Below are positions 30,162-38,610 of a DNA stretch of 64,000 nt, piece by piece. A model generated the notes under the pieces. It did not search any database. It saw only the letters and a program-made list of their open reading frames with translations, and was not told where the DNA came from. Within the stretch, counting starts at the first letter, position 1, and the number at the start of each line of letters is the position of its first letter. The stretch comes from Patescibacteria group bacterium (GTDB taxonomy: Bacteria; Patescibacteriota; Minisyncoccia; Ryanbacterales; GWA2-47-10b), in NCBI GenBank assembly GCA_038064855.1, contig JBBTSE010000007.1, positions 18,079 to 82,078 of the forward strand. The letters are read 5' to 3'. The translations under genes were made by a program, and so were the position numbers.

Positions 30162-30474
30162 TATAAAAAATGACCCCGCGGATGTGTCTCCGTAGGGTCT
30201 GGATGCTGGGCGTCTCGCGCGTAGGGCGCACGAGCGCGGGTGCGTTTGATACGCGGTAGAGCGTCATCGAGATCATCACCGCCAGCAAGATAAGTAGCGC
30301 TATCACCACCCACAGCATGCGGTTGTTGCTAGTCTGCGCTTTGGCGATCTTTGCCAGCGCGCTTTGTCGCCGCTCACTGATGGGTATGACGCGTCGCGTA
30401 TGTGTCTCGGGTACGCCGTAGGTGCGGTTGGGGTCGCGTCGCTCTGGATCAAGTCTAATTAGTTTCGCAGACAT
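30136..30474 (-). CDS. Hypothetical single-pass membrane protein
   Basis: SD GGAGGT before ATG at 30474; TM MLWVVIALLILLAVMISMTLY. Confidence 0.65.
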   Translation of the reverse strand: MSAKLIRLDPERRDPNRTYGVPETHTRRVIPISERRQSALAKIAKAQTSNNRMLWVVIALLILLAVMISMTLYRVSNAPALVRPTRETPSIQTLRRHIRGVIFYIDKRVKNR

Positions 30475-30563
30475 GGCCACCTCCGTTTTCACCAAATCAT
30501 TTTTTGCTTATTTTGTAAAGATATTTTCGTTGTCCACAGCTTTTTGGCGCCAAGCACTTGTGT

Positions 30564-30581
30564 GGTGAACGAGCGTTCACC
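30564..30581. promoter_or_regulatory. Putative LexA operator (SOS box)
   Basis: Palindrome GGTGAAC-GAGC-GTTCACC (GAAC-N4-GTTC core) abutting -10 TATGAT, 12 bp before the lexA ATG. Confidence 0.85.
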
Positions 30582-30593
30582 TATGATATATGC

Positions 30594-31163
30594 ATGAGCA
30601 TCGAGCAATACAAATCAAAAATCATGAGTTTTTATGAGGGCAATCGGCGCATGCCGAGCTACGGCGAGATCGCGACCCTCCTCGGGTTCAAATCAAAAAA
30701 CGCCGCATCAAAAGTGATTGATAAATTGATTGATATGGGTGTGCTCGACAAAGACTCGCAAGGCCGCTTGGTGCCAACTCGCATGCTTGGCGAAGTACGC
30801 ATGCTCGGTGTGGTAGAGGCCGGTATTCCATCGCTCGCCGAAGAAGCCGCCGAGATGATCAGCATCGATCAGCTTTTGATTAGAAATAGAGATCGCACCT
30901 ATGTACTGACCGTAAAAGGCGATTCGATGATTGATGCGGGTATACGCGATGGTGATCTGGTGGTAGCCGAGCATGGCAAGCAAGCAAAGGAAGGGGATAT
31001 CGTGATAGCGGAGATTGATGGCGGGTGGACTATGAAATATTTACGAAAGAAAAACGGCACTACCTATCTCGAACCTGCCAATAGAAATTTTAAACCAATA
31101 TTTGCAGAACAGTCACTCAACATAGGCGCGGTCGTCACCGGCATTATCAGAAAATATCGTTAA
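30594..31163 (+). CDS. lexA: LexA repressor
   Basis: wHTH (PSYGEIA...GFKSKNA), VEAG cleavage site, VKGDSM Ser, TMK Lys. Confidence 0.95.
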   Translation: MSIEQYKSKIMSFYEGNRRMPSYGEIATLLGFKSKNAASKVIDKLIDMGVLDKDSQGRLVPTRMLGEVRMLGVVEAGIPSLAEEAAEMISIDQLLIRNRDRTYVLTVKGDSMIDAGIRDGDLVVAEHGKQAKEGDIVIAEIDGGWTMKYLRKKNGTTYLEPANRNFKPIFAEQSLNIGAVVTGIIRKYR

Positions 31164-31170
31164 CAATCAT

Positions 31171-31368
31171 ATGAGCAAAACACAACTTCACAAAAGCATC
31201 GTACACGAGATAGGCCGGGTCAATGACCGCATTGATATCAAGATTTTGCGTGGCAAGTCATACCAGAGAGAAGCACAGCGTCACCGTATGCTCGTCACGC
31301 AGCTTGGGCGTCTTGAGAGGGGCGGCATTCGCTCGGGTTGGTTTTCTTCGCTGATCTCGCTACACTAG
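31171..31368 (+). CDS. Small hypothetical protein downstream of lexA
   Basis: 65 aa ORF filling the gap, 7 bp after lexA and 5 bp before bcp. Confidence 0.65.
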   Translation: MSKTQLHKSIVHEIGRVNDRIDIKILRGKSYQREAQRHRMLVTQLGRLERGGIRSGWFSSLISLH

Positions 31369-31373
31369 AGATC

Positions 31374-31844
31374 ATGGCACATACGATTAGAGAAGGATCA
31401 AAAGCACCAGTATTTAATTTGCCCGACCAATCAGGCGTCAATCACTCACTCAAAGAATATGCAGGCAGGTGGTTGCTTATTTATTTTTATCCGAAAGACA
31501 ATACCCCGGGATGCACCGTTGAGGCCTGTGCTATTCGTGACAACGCTACTGATTTCAAAAAATCAAAGATAGCGATAGTGGGCGTTTCTACTGACTCGAT
31601 TACCTCACACGAAAAATTTGCCAAAAAGTTTCAATTGCCATTTCCACTGTTGGCTGATGAAGACAAAAAGATGGTAGAGGCCTACGGCGTGTGGGGTGAA
31701 AAAAAGTTTATGGGCCGTACCTATATGGGCACGCGCCGCATGTCGTTTCTCATAAATCCCGAAGGCAAAATCGCTAAGATATATAGCGAGGTCAAACCCA
31801 AAGAGCACGCCGAGCAGGTGCTTGCTGATCATAAATCAATCTGA
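31374..31844 (+). CDS. bcp: Thioredoxin-dependent peroxiredoxin Bcp
   Basis: YFYPKDNTPGCTVEAC, YGVWGEKKFMG. Confidence 0.96.
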   Translation: MAHTIREGSKAPVFNLPDQSGVNHSLKEYAGRWLLIYFYPKDNTPGCTVEACAIRDNATDFKKSKIAIVGVSTDSITSHEKFAKKFQLPFPLLADEDKKMVEAYGVWGEKKFMGRTYMGTRRMSFLINPEGKIAKIYSEVKPKEHAEQVLADHKSI

Positions 31845-32635
31845 TGGCCGTCAAACGCAGATCAAATATTTACGATCCCGCATCCGCAGCGCCTTTTCGA
31901 TTTTCGCGCTCAAAGATCGAAAATTATATGCGTTGCCAGCGCTGTTCGTATCTTGACCGTCGCTTGGGTGTCAGTGAGCCTGACGGGTATCCATTTAACC
32001 TCAACAGCGCGGTAGATCATTTACTCAAAAAAGAATTTGATGTGCATCGCGCCAAGGGAAGCGCGCACCCACTCATGGAGTCATACGGTGTTGATGCTAT
32101 ACCATTTGACCATCCAGAGATGGGCCGGTGGCGCGAAAACTTTGTGGGTGTGCAATACCACCACCCAGCGACCAATTTTATCATCACGGGTGCAGTTGAT
32201 GATATTTGGGTTAATCCCAAAGGTGAGCTCCATGTCGTTGATTACAAAGCTACGAGCAAAGAGGGTGAAGTGACGCTTGATGCTGACTGGCAAGATGGTT
32301 ACAAGCGGCAGATGGAAATCTACCAGTGGCTCCTGCGCCGCGTGGGTTTTAAAGTTTCTGATACGGGCTATTTTGTCTACGCCAACGGCAAGCGTGATCG
32401 TGCCGCGTTTGATGCCAAGCTTGAGTTTGATGTAAAGATTATCCCGTATACGGGTGATGATTCATGGCTCGAGCGCACCATCAAAGAGATTCATAAAACG
32501 CTCTCGAGTGATGTTTTGCCCGCGTCAGGTGTCGGCTGCCAATATTGTCTGTATCGTGCAGAGGCAGAGCGCGCCCTCAAACCGCTTGGCAAAAAACCCC
32601 GCGTCAAAAAACAAAACTCGCTTTTTGGCCCGTGA
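31844..32635 (+). CDS. PD-(D/E)XK nuclease (RecB/Cas4-like) with four Cys
   Basis: SRSKI...CQRC, GAVDD, VVDYKAT, QMEIY, C-terminal CQYC. Confidence 0.88.
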   Translation: MAVKRRSNIYDPASAAPFRFSRSKIENYMRCQRCSYLDRRLGVSEPDGYPFNLNSAVDHLLKKEFDVHRAKGSAHPLMESYGVDAIPFDHPEMGRWRENFVGVQYHHPATNFIITGAVDDIWVNPKGELHVVDYKATSKEGEVTLDADWQDGYKRQMEIYQWLLRRVGFKVSDTGYFVYANGKRDRAAFDAKLEFDVKIIPYTGDDSWLERTIKEIHKTLSSDVLPASGVGCQYCLYRAEAERALKPLGKKPRVKKQNSLFGP

Positions 32636-32653
32636 TTTTCTATACTAGTCTCT

Positions 32654-33322
32654 ATGGAAAACGAACAAACACAACCTCAAAATCAAAACACACCGGAACA
32701 AGGTTCTACCAAAAAAGATCAGCGTGCCGCAGAGCGCGCCGCGCGTGATGCCGTAGCGCTACGCCGCGTACAGATGCGCAAGGTCAAAAAGATTGGCTTT
32801 GGGGTCATTGTTATTTTACTTGTCGTCGGTGGTGGATATTTTGTCTATCAATCAATGCCAGAGGAGCGTCAGCTTGGTACCGATTACTCACGCACTATCG
32901 AAGACGGTGGGCAAGACCACACCAAAGAGGGCGAGAAGACTACCACTTGGAAATCAAACCCACCCGTATCAGGTCCACATTGGCCTGACCCCCAGCGCGA
33001 TGGTATCTATGACAAAGAATTACCAGAGGAGGGCGTGGTGCACTCACTCGAGCATGGTCGTATTTGGATTTCATACAAGCCAAGTATTCCTGATGCCACA
33101 AAAGAAGCGCTCAAAGAGCTTGCTCGTAAAAACACCTATATGGTAGTCTCGGTGCGTGCCGCAAATGAAACCGATGTAGCTTTGGCGGCATGGAATCATC
33201 TTGATTCGTTTAATCTCAACGCCGATGGCAGTTTTGACACTGTACGCGTACAAGATTTTATTGATCGGTATCGTGATAAGGGCCCTGAAAAAGTGCCATT
33301 CATGACGGGCAAGGAATACTAA
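32654..33322 (+). CDS. DUF3105 domain membrane-anchored protein
   Basis: SNPPVSGPHW, VHSLEHGRIWISY, ALAAW, GPE. Confidence 0.92.
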   Translation: MENEQTQPQNQNTPEQGSTKKDQRAAERAARDAVALRRVQMRKVKKIGFGVIVILLVVGGGYFVYQSMPEERQLGTDYSRTIEDGGQDHTKEGEKTTTWKSNPPVSGPHWPDPQRDGIYDKELPEEGVVHSLEHGRIWISYKPSIPDATKEALKELARKNTYMVVSVRAANETDVALAAWNHLDSFNLNADGSFDTVRVQDFIDRYRDKGPEKVPFMTGKEY

Positions 33323-33840
33323 TGAAAAAAATATTACTCGCACTCATGCTCGCCCTTCCACTAGTAGCGGGCGCGCATGGTGGTGAGCAACGCGTAGTTG
33401 ATGGTACATACATTGTCAGTATGTCGCGCGCGCCGTTTACACCACGCATGGGCGTGCCTACCAAATTGTTGATCTCAATATCTGATATTGCGTCAGGCAA
33501 TGTATCCGATAAAGACGCGATCATCAATCTGCGTGTAGCACGGCTTGCAAGTCCGGGCGACGAGCCGCAGTTTATTTTTGAAGAAAAAAACATCAAAGCC
33601 GAGCGCTCGACGCTTGGGTACTCGTATACCTTTCGTGAGGTAGGATTCCATGAGATCTATATCGATTTTGCGTTTGTGGATAGTCCTACGAAAGTCATGA
33701 GCGCATCAGATTATTTGCTCGATGTGCAGCCAGCACAAGAGGCAGGTGGCGATAAGTCTTTTGCGCTATGGGGTTTTGGCGGGTTGTTTCTGGGCGCGAT
33801 ATTCACAAAGATAGTGCTTGCACGCAAGGGCGAAATATAG
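33322..33840 (+). CDS. Exported Ig-like protein with a C-terminal TM
   Basis: Signal peptide AGA-HGG, YTF..G.HEI, C-terminal TM plus basic tail. Confidence 0.7.
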   Translation: MKKILLALMLALPLVAGAHGGEQRVVDGTYIVSMSRAPFTPRMGVPTKLLISISDIASGNVSDKDAIINLRVARLASPGDEPQFIFEEKNIKAERSTLGYSYTFREVGFHEIYIDFAFVDSPTKVMSASDYLLDVQPAQEAGGDKSFALWGFGGLFLGAIFTKIVLARKGEI

Positions 33841-33950
33841 CATAGTAGACGCACTCAACGATTAGGCAATGTTCAGAGTTTGAGAAACAAGAAGTCGTTT
33901 GCCTAGCTCGAAGGAGGATTATAAGGAAAACTAGGCAACGGCACATTCAC

Positions 33951-34160
33951 ATGGATATGCAACGACCAGCGCGTGAGATCCACGATGTTACATCATTGGG
34001 AATCACCTGCGCAAGCTGTGGCAATGCAGTGACCGAGCTTCCGTTTGCGCCCACAAAGCGTGACGATGGAACCTACGGCCGCATCTTCTGTCGCGACTGC
34101 AACCGCAATCGTCAACCTCGCGGAGGTGGCGGTGGTGGAGGCGGCGGCTTCCGCCGCTAA
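33951..34160 (+). CDS. CxxC-x17-CxxC-like zinc-ribbon protein with Gly/Arg tail
   Basis: CASCG...ELPFAP...IFCRDC, RGGGGGGGGGFRR. Confidence 0.88.
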   Translation: MDMQRPAREIHDVTSLGITCASCGNAVTELPFAPTKRDDGTYGRIFCRDCNRNRQPRGGGGGGGGGFRR

Positions 34161-34175
34161 GCGGAAATCAGCAAC

Positions 34176-34212
34176 AAAAACCCTCCCGCAGTTGCGGGAG
34201 GGTTTTTGTTTT
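34176..34212 (+). terminator. Intrinsic terminator
   Basis: AAAAACCCTCCCGCA-GT-TGCGGGAGGGTTTTT. Confidence 0.9.
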
Positions 34213-34251
34213 CTCAAAAATCTTTTCCTGCTACACTAAGAAAGCTACTCT

Positions 34252-34863
34252 ATGGGTTTTCTCGAACCAGTCTTTTTGATTAAGACGGCCGGATACATTG
34301 GCCTTTTTGCTATTGTATTTGCCGAATCAGGACTCTTTGTCGGTTTCTTTTTGCCGGGGGATTCACTACTGTTTACCGCTGGATTTTTGGCATCGCAAGG
34401 TTTGCTCAATATTTGGTTTTTGGTACCGCTAGTATTTTCTGCGGCCATCTTGGGTGACAATGTGGGCTACGCATTTGGTAGGCGCGTGGGCCCGCGTATT
34501 TTTAAAAAAGATGATTCGATTTTTTTTCACAAAGACCATGTCCGCAGGGCCGAAGAATTTTACAAAGTACACGGCGCCAAAACCTTGGTGCTCGCGCGCT
34601 TCACTCCTGTGATCCGTACCTTCGCGCCTATCGTGGCGGGCGTAGGGCATATGCATTACCCAATTTTTTTGTTTTATAATATTATCGGCGCGGTGTTGTG
34701 GGCTATCGGTATGCCGCTCATCGGGTATTTCTTGGGTGCGTTTGTGCCGGGCGTTGATCAGTATCTGATACCGATTATTTTAGTGATCATCACGGTCTCG
34801 ATGTTGCCGGGCGTATTTCATGTAGGGCGTGAGTATTTGGCACACAAAAGGCGCTCACGCTAG
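34252..34863 (+). CDS. DedA/VTT family membrane protein
   Basis: FAESGLFVGFFLPGDSLLFTAG, ARFTPVIRTFAP. Confidence 0.95.
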   Translation: MGFLEPVFLIKTAGYIGLFAIVFAESGLFVGFFLPGDSLLFTAGFLASQGLLNIWFLVPLVFSAAILGDNVGYAFGRRVGPRIFKKDDSIFFHKDHVRRAEEFYKVHGAKTLVLARFTPVIRTFAPIVAGVGHMHYPIFLFYNIIGAVLWAIGMPLIGYFLGAFVPGVDQYLIPIILVIITVSMLPGVFHVGREYLAHKRRSR

Positions 34864-35648
34864 AGCGCGAGTGTGATGATGATGGCGCCCGCGAGTGCGA
34901 GGCGATAGTACACAAACGGCATCAGCGTTGAGCGCTCGGCTATTTTAGTGATCAGGTTGATAGCGGCGATGGCTGATACAAACGCGGCGATAAAGCCAAA
35001 GATATTGGGTCCCGTAATAACTATCTCGGGTCGCGCGACAATTGTCTTGAGACTGGCGGCAATGATGATAGGTGTAGAGAGTAAAAACGAATAATGAGTG
35101 GCTTCAACACGCGTTTTGCCGAGGAGTAAACCTCCAGAAATCGTTGCCCCTGAACGAGAAATGCCCGGAAAGAGTGCGAGCGCTTGAAATATACCGATGA
35201 TAAACCCCTCGTATGGCAAGATCATACCGCTATCGTGATTACGGCGGTGGCGCATATATTCGGCACCCGCTATCAGCGCGCTACCCGCGATAAGCCCTAT
35301 GGCGACCGCAAGAGAGGTACGAAAGGTATTGGTGATGGTATCTTCAAATAAAATACCCGCGATACCGGCCGGTATAGTACCCAAGATGATATTGAGCAGG
35401 AGCTGCCTGCCACGCGTATCGATGCGCGAAGTAAATGATTTTATGAGATGCAACCAATCAGCGCGAAAATACCAGATGACCGCAAGGACTGTCGCAAGGT
35501 GTACGGCGACATCAAACGGTACGGCATCAGCTGCGGCAATACCAAAAAAACTTTCAAAGATGATGAGATGTCCGGTGGATGATACGGGCAAAAATTCAGT
35601 AAACCCCTGCACGATGCCCAAAAGTGTCGCAATCACATAGCTTTGCAT
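34860..35648 (-). CDS. uppP: Undecaprenyl-diphosphate phosphatase
   Basis: QGFTEFLPVSSTGH, PGISRSGATI, FVYYR. Confidence 0.97.
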   Translation of the reverse strand: MQSYVIATLLGIVQGFTEFLPVSSTGHLIIFESFFGIAAADAVPFDVAVHLATVLAVIWYFRADWLHLIKSFTSRIDTRGRQLLLNIILGTIPAGIAGILFEDTITNTFRTSLAVAIGLIAGSALIAGAEYMRHRRNHDSGMILPYEGFIIGIFQALALFPGISRSGATISGGLLLGKTRVEATHYSFLLSTPIIIAASLKTIVARPEIVITGPNIFGFIAAFVSAIAAINLITKIAERSTLMPFVYYRLALAGAIIITLAL

Positions 35649-35953
35649 ATCACCTATGATGCCTTACTCGTCAAGGATTGACAATGAAGTCGCGCAGGAG
35701 TAGGAATGACCCTACACGAAGTAAATATTTTGCAAAAAGATATTTGCCAACTTCTGTCCTATGTGGTCTCAAAAAAACGCAATCCTGAAAAATAGTAAAT
35801 CAGTCAAGAGAAGTTTTTGCGCGTGTAGGCAACATATTTACCGATATCCACAAAAGTGGATAAGTTTTTTTGTATTTTTTCTTGACACTTACTTTATTGA
35901 TTTGTTAAGAATGGTTCGAGGCGAGCACTGTCGCTTTGTCCTTAACAAAAATA

Positions 35954-36140
35954 TGGCGCAGGTTTTTCGGTCAATGTCAGATGCCCGCGCCTTTTTGATT
36001 TTTGCCGGAGGTGAGCTGGCGCCTGCGCCAGTCTCATGGAATACTATTCGACTTGTCGAGCGGTATCCGTGAGATTTGAGTGCCAGCTAACCCCCGGTTG
36101 AAATTTGAACGGCAGCGCATGCGAGTGCATGGCCGAGAAA
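35954..36140 (+). ncRNA. Candidate structured RNA (5' leader or 6S-like rod) upstream of the filament locus
   Basis: Nested stems found by eye: 35963-73/36130-40, 36005-22/36080-97, 36032-44/36063-74; extra 9-bp complement 35954-62/36022-30. Confidence 0.5.
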
Positions 36141-36170
36141 ATATTATCAGTTATAAGCTTTATTAACGGC

Positions 36171-37574
36171 ATGAAAAGAAAAATTCTTTCTGGAGCCGTA
36201 GCACTGGCAGTCGGAGTAGCGATACTTCCGCTTTTTGCCGCATTTGAAGCGCATGTGATCAATGTCACCGCAAAGATCGAAAATGCCCTCAATGTACCGC
36301 TCGGTTACCTCGATTTCGGAACGGTGTTTCCACAAGAACACCTCGATAAGTCGCTCGATATCAATCTCTCGCAGTCGTTCTTGGACGAAAATCGCGTAGA
36401 CGATGTCAGCTATATTATTCGCCAAAAGCCAAAGTGCGCTATCACGACTCTTGGGGGCACCTCATTTGATGCAACCCTCGATCAAGATGGCAAAAATCAC
36501 CTCTACACGGGCACTGGCCATGTGGTAGTTGGTGACAACCCAGCTACCGATGCAGTTGAAACTTCATGGGTTAACTGTGGTCCTGCACCTCGCGAGCTTG
36601 CACAAGGCGAGACTTGGGGCGCTCTTCCAATGCTTTGCCCATACATTTCAAAGCATCCTGATGGCAAAGACGACCAAGATGCGACCAACACCGTTGGCGC
36701 GCTCAACGATGGTCATATGGATTCGTTCCACAAGCCATGGTCAATCATTGAAAATGGCATTGTATGGAATGACACCAAGGGTCACCTCGCAAAGTCTCAA
36801 AAAGACACCAAAGACCTTTGGACCATTGACCTTGCCGTACCATGTTTTGGTGGTTACTGCGCACAAGATTGGGAAGAGTTTGTGCATGGCATAAACCCTG
36901 ACGCAAACCCAGCAGCCTATACCCAACCAATCGCAAACGAACACAAGATTTTCGGTTGTGATCTTTGGGTAGAAGTAACAGGCATCAGCCTTCCAGGCCT
37001 TGGTTGCAACAAGAAAATTGACTTGATGCTGGTTGTTGACCGATCAGGTAGCATCGGCAGTACCAACATGGCAGCAGTCAGAACTGCCCTCAAGGCGTTC
37101 GTTGATGCCTTGGTACTTGCTCTTGATGGACCGCACGCAGGCCAATCAAGCTTTGCTTCACTCGGAACCTTAGATCAGGTTTTGACTGATGATGAAGTAT
37201 TGGTGAAGGCGGCAATCGACACATTAGTCTCAAGCGGTTCGACAAATATGACCGCTGGTATCAATGAGGCAAAGCTCGAGCTCGAAAGTATTCGCGACCG
37301 AGCTGATGCGCCAGACTTTATGGTGATCGTAACCGACGGCATACCAAATGTCTGTGCTGACGGCTCTTGCAGTGCAGGAGAGGCCGATGCAGAAGCTTTG
37401 GCAGCAGCAACCGCAGCCAAGGCAGCAGGCATTGAAATCTATGTAGTCGGTGTTGGAAGTGGTGTAGACGCAGATTATCTGAAGACTATCGCAAGTGGTG
37501 AAGATCACTACTTTGCAGGTGACTTTGGTACTCTCAACACAACGCTTGCAGACATCGTAAACTGCGAAGACTAG
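36171..37574 (+). CDS. AFEAH-family secreted subunit with C-terminal von Willebrand factor A domain
   Basis: Signal peptide, AFEAHVINVTAKIE strand, Cys-rich shared domain, vWA MIDAS (DRSGS...T...VTDG). Confidence 0.85.
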   Translation: MKRKILSGAVALAVGVAILPLFAAFEAHVINVTAKIENALNVPLGYLDFGTVFPQEHLDKSLDINLSQSFLDENRVDDVSYIIRQKPKCAITTLGGTSFDATLDQDGKNHLYTGTGHVVVGDNPATDAVETSWVNCGPAPRELAQGETWGALPMLCPYISKHPDGKDDQDATNTVGALNDGHMDSFHKPWSIIENGIVWNDTKGHLAKSQKDTKDLWTIDLAVPCFGGYCAQDWEEFVHGINPDANPAAYTQPIANEHKIFGCDLWVEVTGISLPGLGCNKKIDLMLVVDRSGSIGSTNMAAVRTALKAFVDALVLALDGPHAGQSSFASLGTLDQVLTDDEVLVKAAIDTLVSSGSTNMTAGINEAKLELESIRDRADAPDFMVIVTDGIPNVCADGSCSAGEADAEALAAATAAKAAGIEIYVVGVGSGVDADYLKTIASGEDHYFAGDFGTLNTTLADIVNCED

Positions 37575-37579
37575 TTGTA

Positions 37580-37645
37580 GCCAAACTCCGCCCCCAGTCT
37601 CAAAAAGAGAGGGGCGGGGATTTGGCCGGAATTACTTTCGGTCAA
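37580..37645 (+). terminator. Tandem intergenic hairpins (attenuation or mRNA stabilisation)
   Basis: GCCAAACTCCGCCCC...GGGGCGGGGATTTGGC, overlapping TTTGGCCGGAA-TTAC-TTTCGGTCAAA; no clear U-tract. Confidence 0.5.
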
Positions 37646-37768
37646 AATTAAAAGCAAACAATTCCGAAGCCCGAGCGCATCTAAGGGGCACGGATGACAA
37701 AGGTCGATATACAAGATACAGATGCGCGAAAATATTATTTAGCTAAGTCATAAAATACTTATCATATT

Positions 37769-38575
37769 ATGAAGAAAAAAATCGTATTAGGACTTGGCGC
37801 TATCGCAATCACTGCCGCAACCCTTCCGTTGTTTGCAGCATTCGAAGCCCATGTCATCAATGTCACCGCAAAGATTGAGAACGCGCTCAAAGTTGATCCG
37901 CAGTTTCTCAATTTCGGTACTGTGTTCCCACAAGAAAAACTTGAGAAGCCCGTCATGATTGAGCTTTCTCAATCATTTAAGGACGAAGACCGTGTTGACG
38001 ATGTAGAGTACATGATTCGCCAAAAGCCGAAGTGCGCAATCACTTCACAGAATGGCACCGTGATTGATCTTTCAGATGCAGATCACAATGGCGTTCATGA
38101 TTTTACCGGCACTGGTCACATCAAGTTTGACGCAGACGGCAAGCCATGGGTTGATTGTGGTTCTGCACCTCGCGAGCTTGCACAGGCCGAGACTTGGGGT
38201 GTTCTTCCAAACCTTTGCCCATACCTCTCAAAGCATTCAGAGAAGCTTGCACAGGGCGGATATGAAGATGGCGCTCTTGCATCATTCCATGCACCATGGG
38301 TTATCGATGCCGCTTCATCAACTATCACTTGGACTGAAGTTCGTGGCCGTCTTTCAAAGATTGGCAACGATGTCAAAGACACTTGGTTGATTGACCTTGC
38401 AGTACCTTGCTTTGGCGGTTACTGCGCACAAGACTGGGCTGATTTTGTTCATGGTGTAAACCCTGACGCAGATCCAGCAGCCTACACTCAGCCAATCTCA
38501 AACGAACACAAAGTGTTTGGTTGCGATCTCTGGGTTGAGGTAACCGGCGTGAGCGAAACTCCAACAGACAACTAA
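37769..38575 (+). CDS. AFEAH-family secreted subunit, single domain (candidate major subunit)
   Basis: Same N-terminal motif and domain as 36171, no accessory domain. Confidence 0.85.
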   Translation: MKKKIVLGLGAIAITAATLPLFAAFEAHVINVTAKIENALKVDPQFLNFGTVFPQEKLEKPVMIELSQSFKDEDRVDDVEYMIRQKPKCAITSQNGTVIDLSDADHNGVHDFTGTGHIKFDADGKPWVDCGSAPRELAQAETWGVLPNLCPYLSKHSEKLAQGGYEDGALASFHAPWVIDAASSTITWTEVRGRLSKIGNDVKDTWLIDLAVPCFGGYCAQDWADFVHGVNPDADPAAYTQPISNEHKVFGCDLWVEVTGVSETPTDN

Positions 38576-38610
38576 ATCTATTAACAGTTTAAAGGGGTAC
38601 CTAAACTCTT

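Noticed and set aside
28700-31163. Prophage or integrative element (TA pair, S24 repressor, small ORFs)
   Set aside because: No integrase, structural genes or att repeats; the repressor looks like an autoregulated LexA
31844-32635. Cas4 of a CRISPR-Cas system
   Set aside because: No cas1/cas2 or array nearby; a solo PD-(D/E)XK nuclease is more likely
35761-36072. 103-aa ORF (and 36044..36292) upstream of the filament locus
   Set aside because: No recognisable protein features; overlaps the promoter and the structured leader
36080-36097. c-di-AMP (ydaO) riboswitch suggested by CAGCTAAC and the dacA gene
   Set aside because: The other conserved ydaO elements were not found; only a covariance search could revive this
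37650-37705. c-di-GMP-I riboswitch suggested by GCAAAC...TCTAAGG...ATGACA
   Set aside because: No GAAA tetraloop stem or matching P1 pairing could be built
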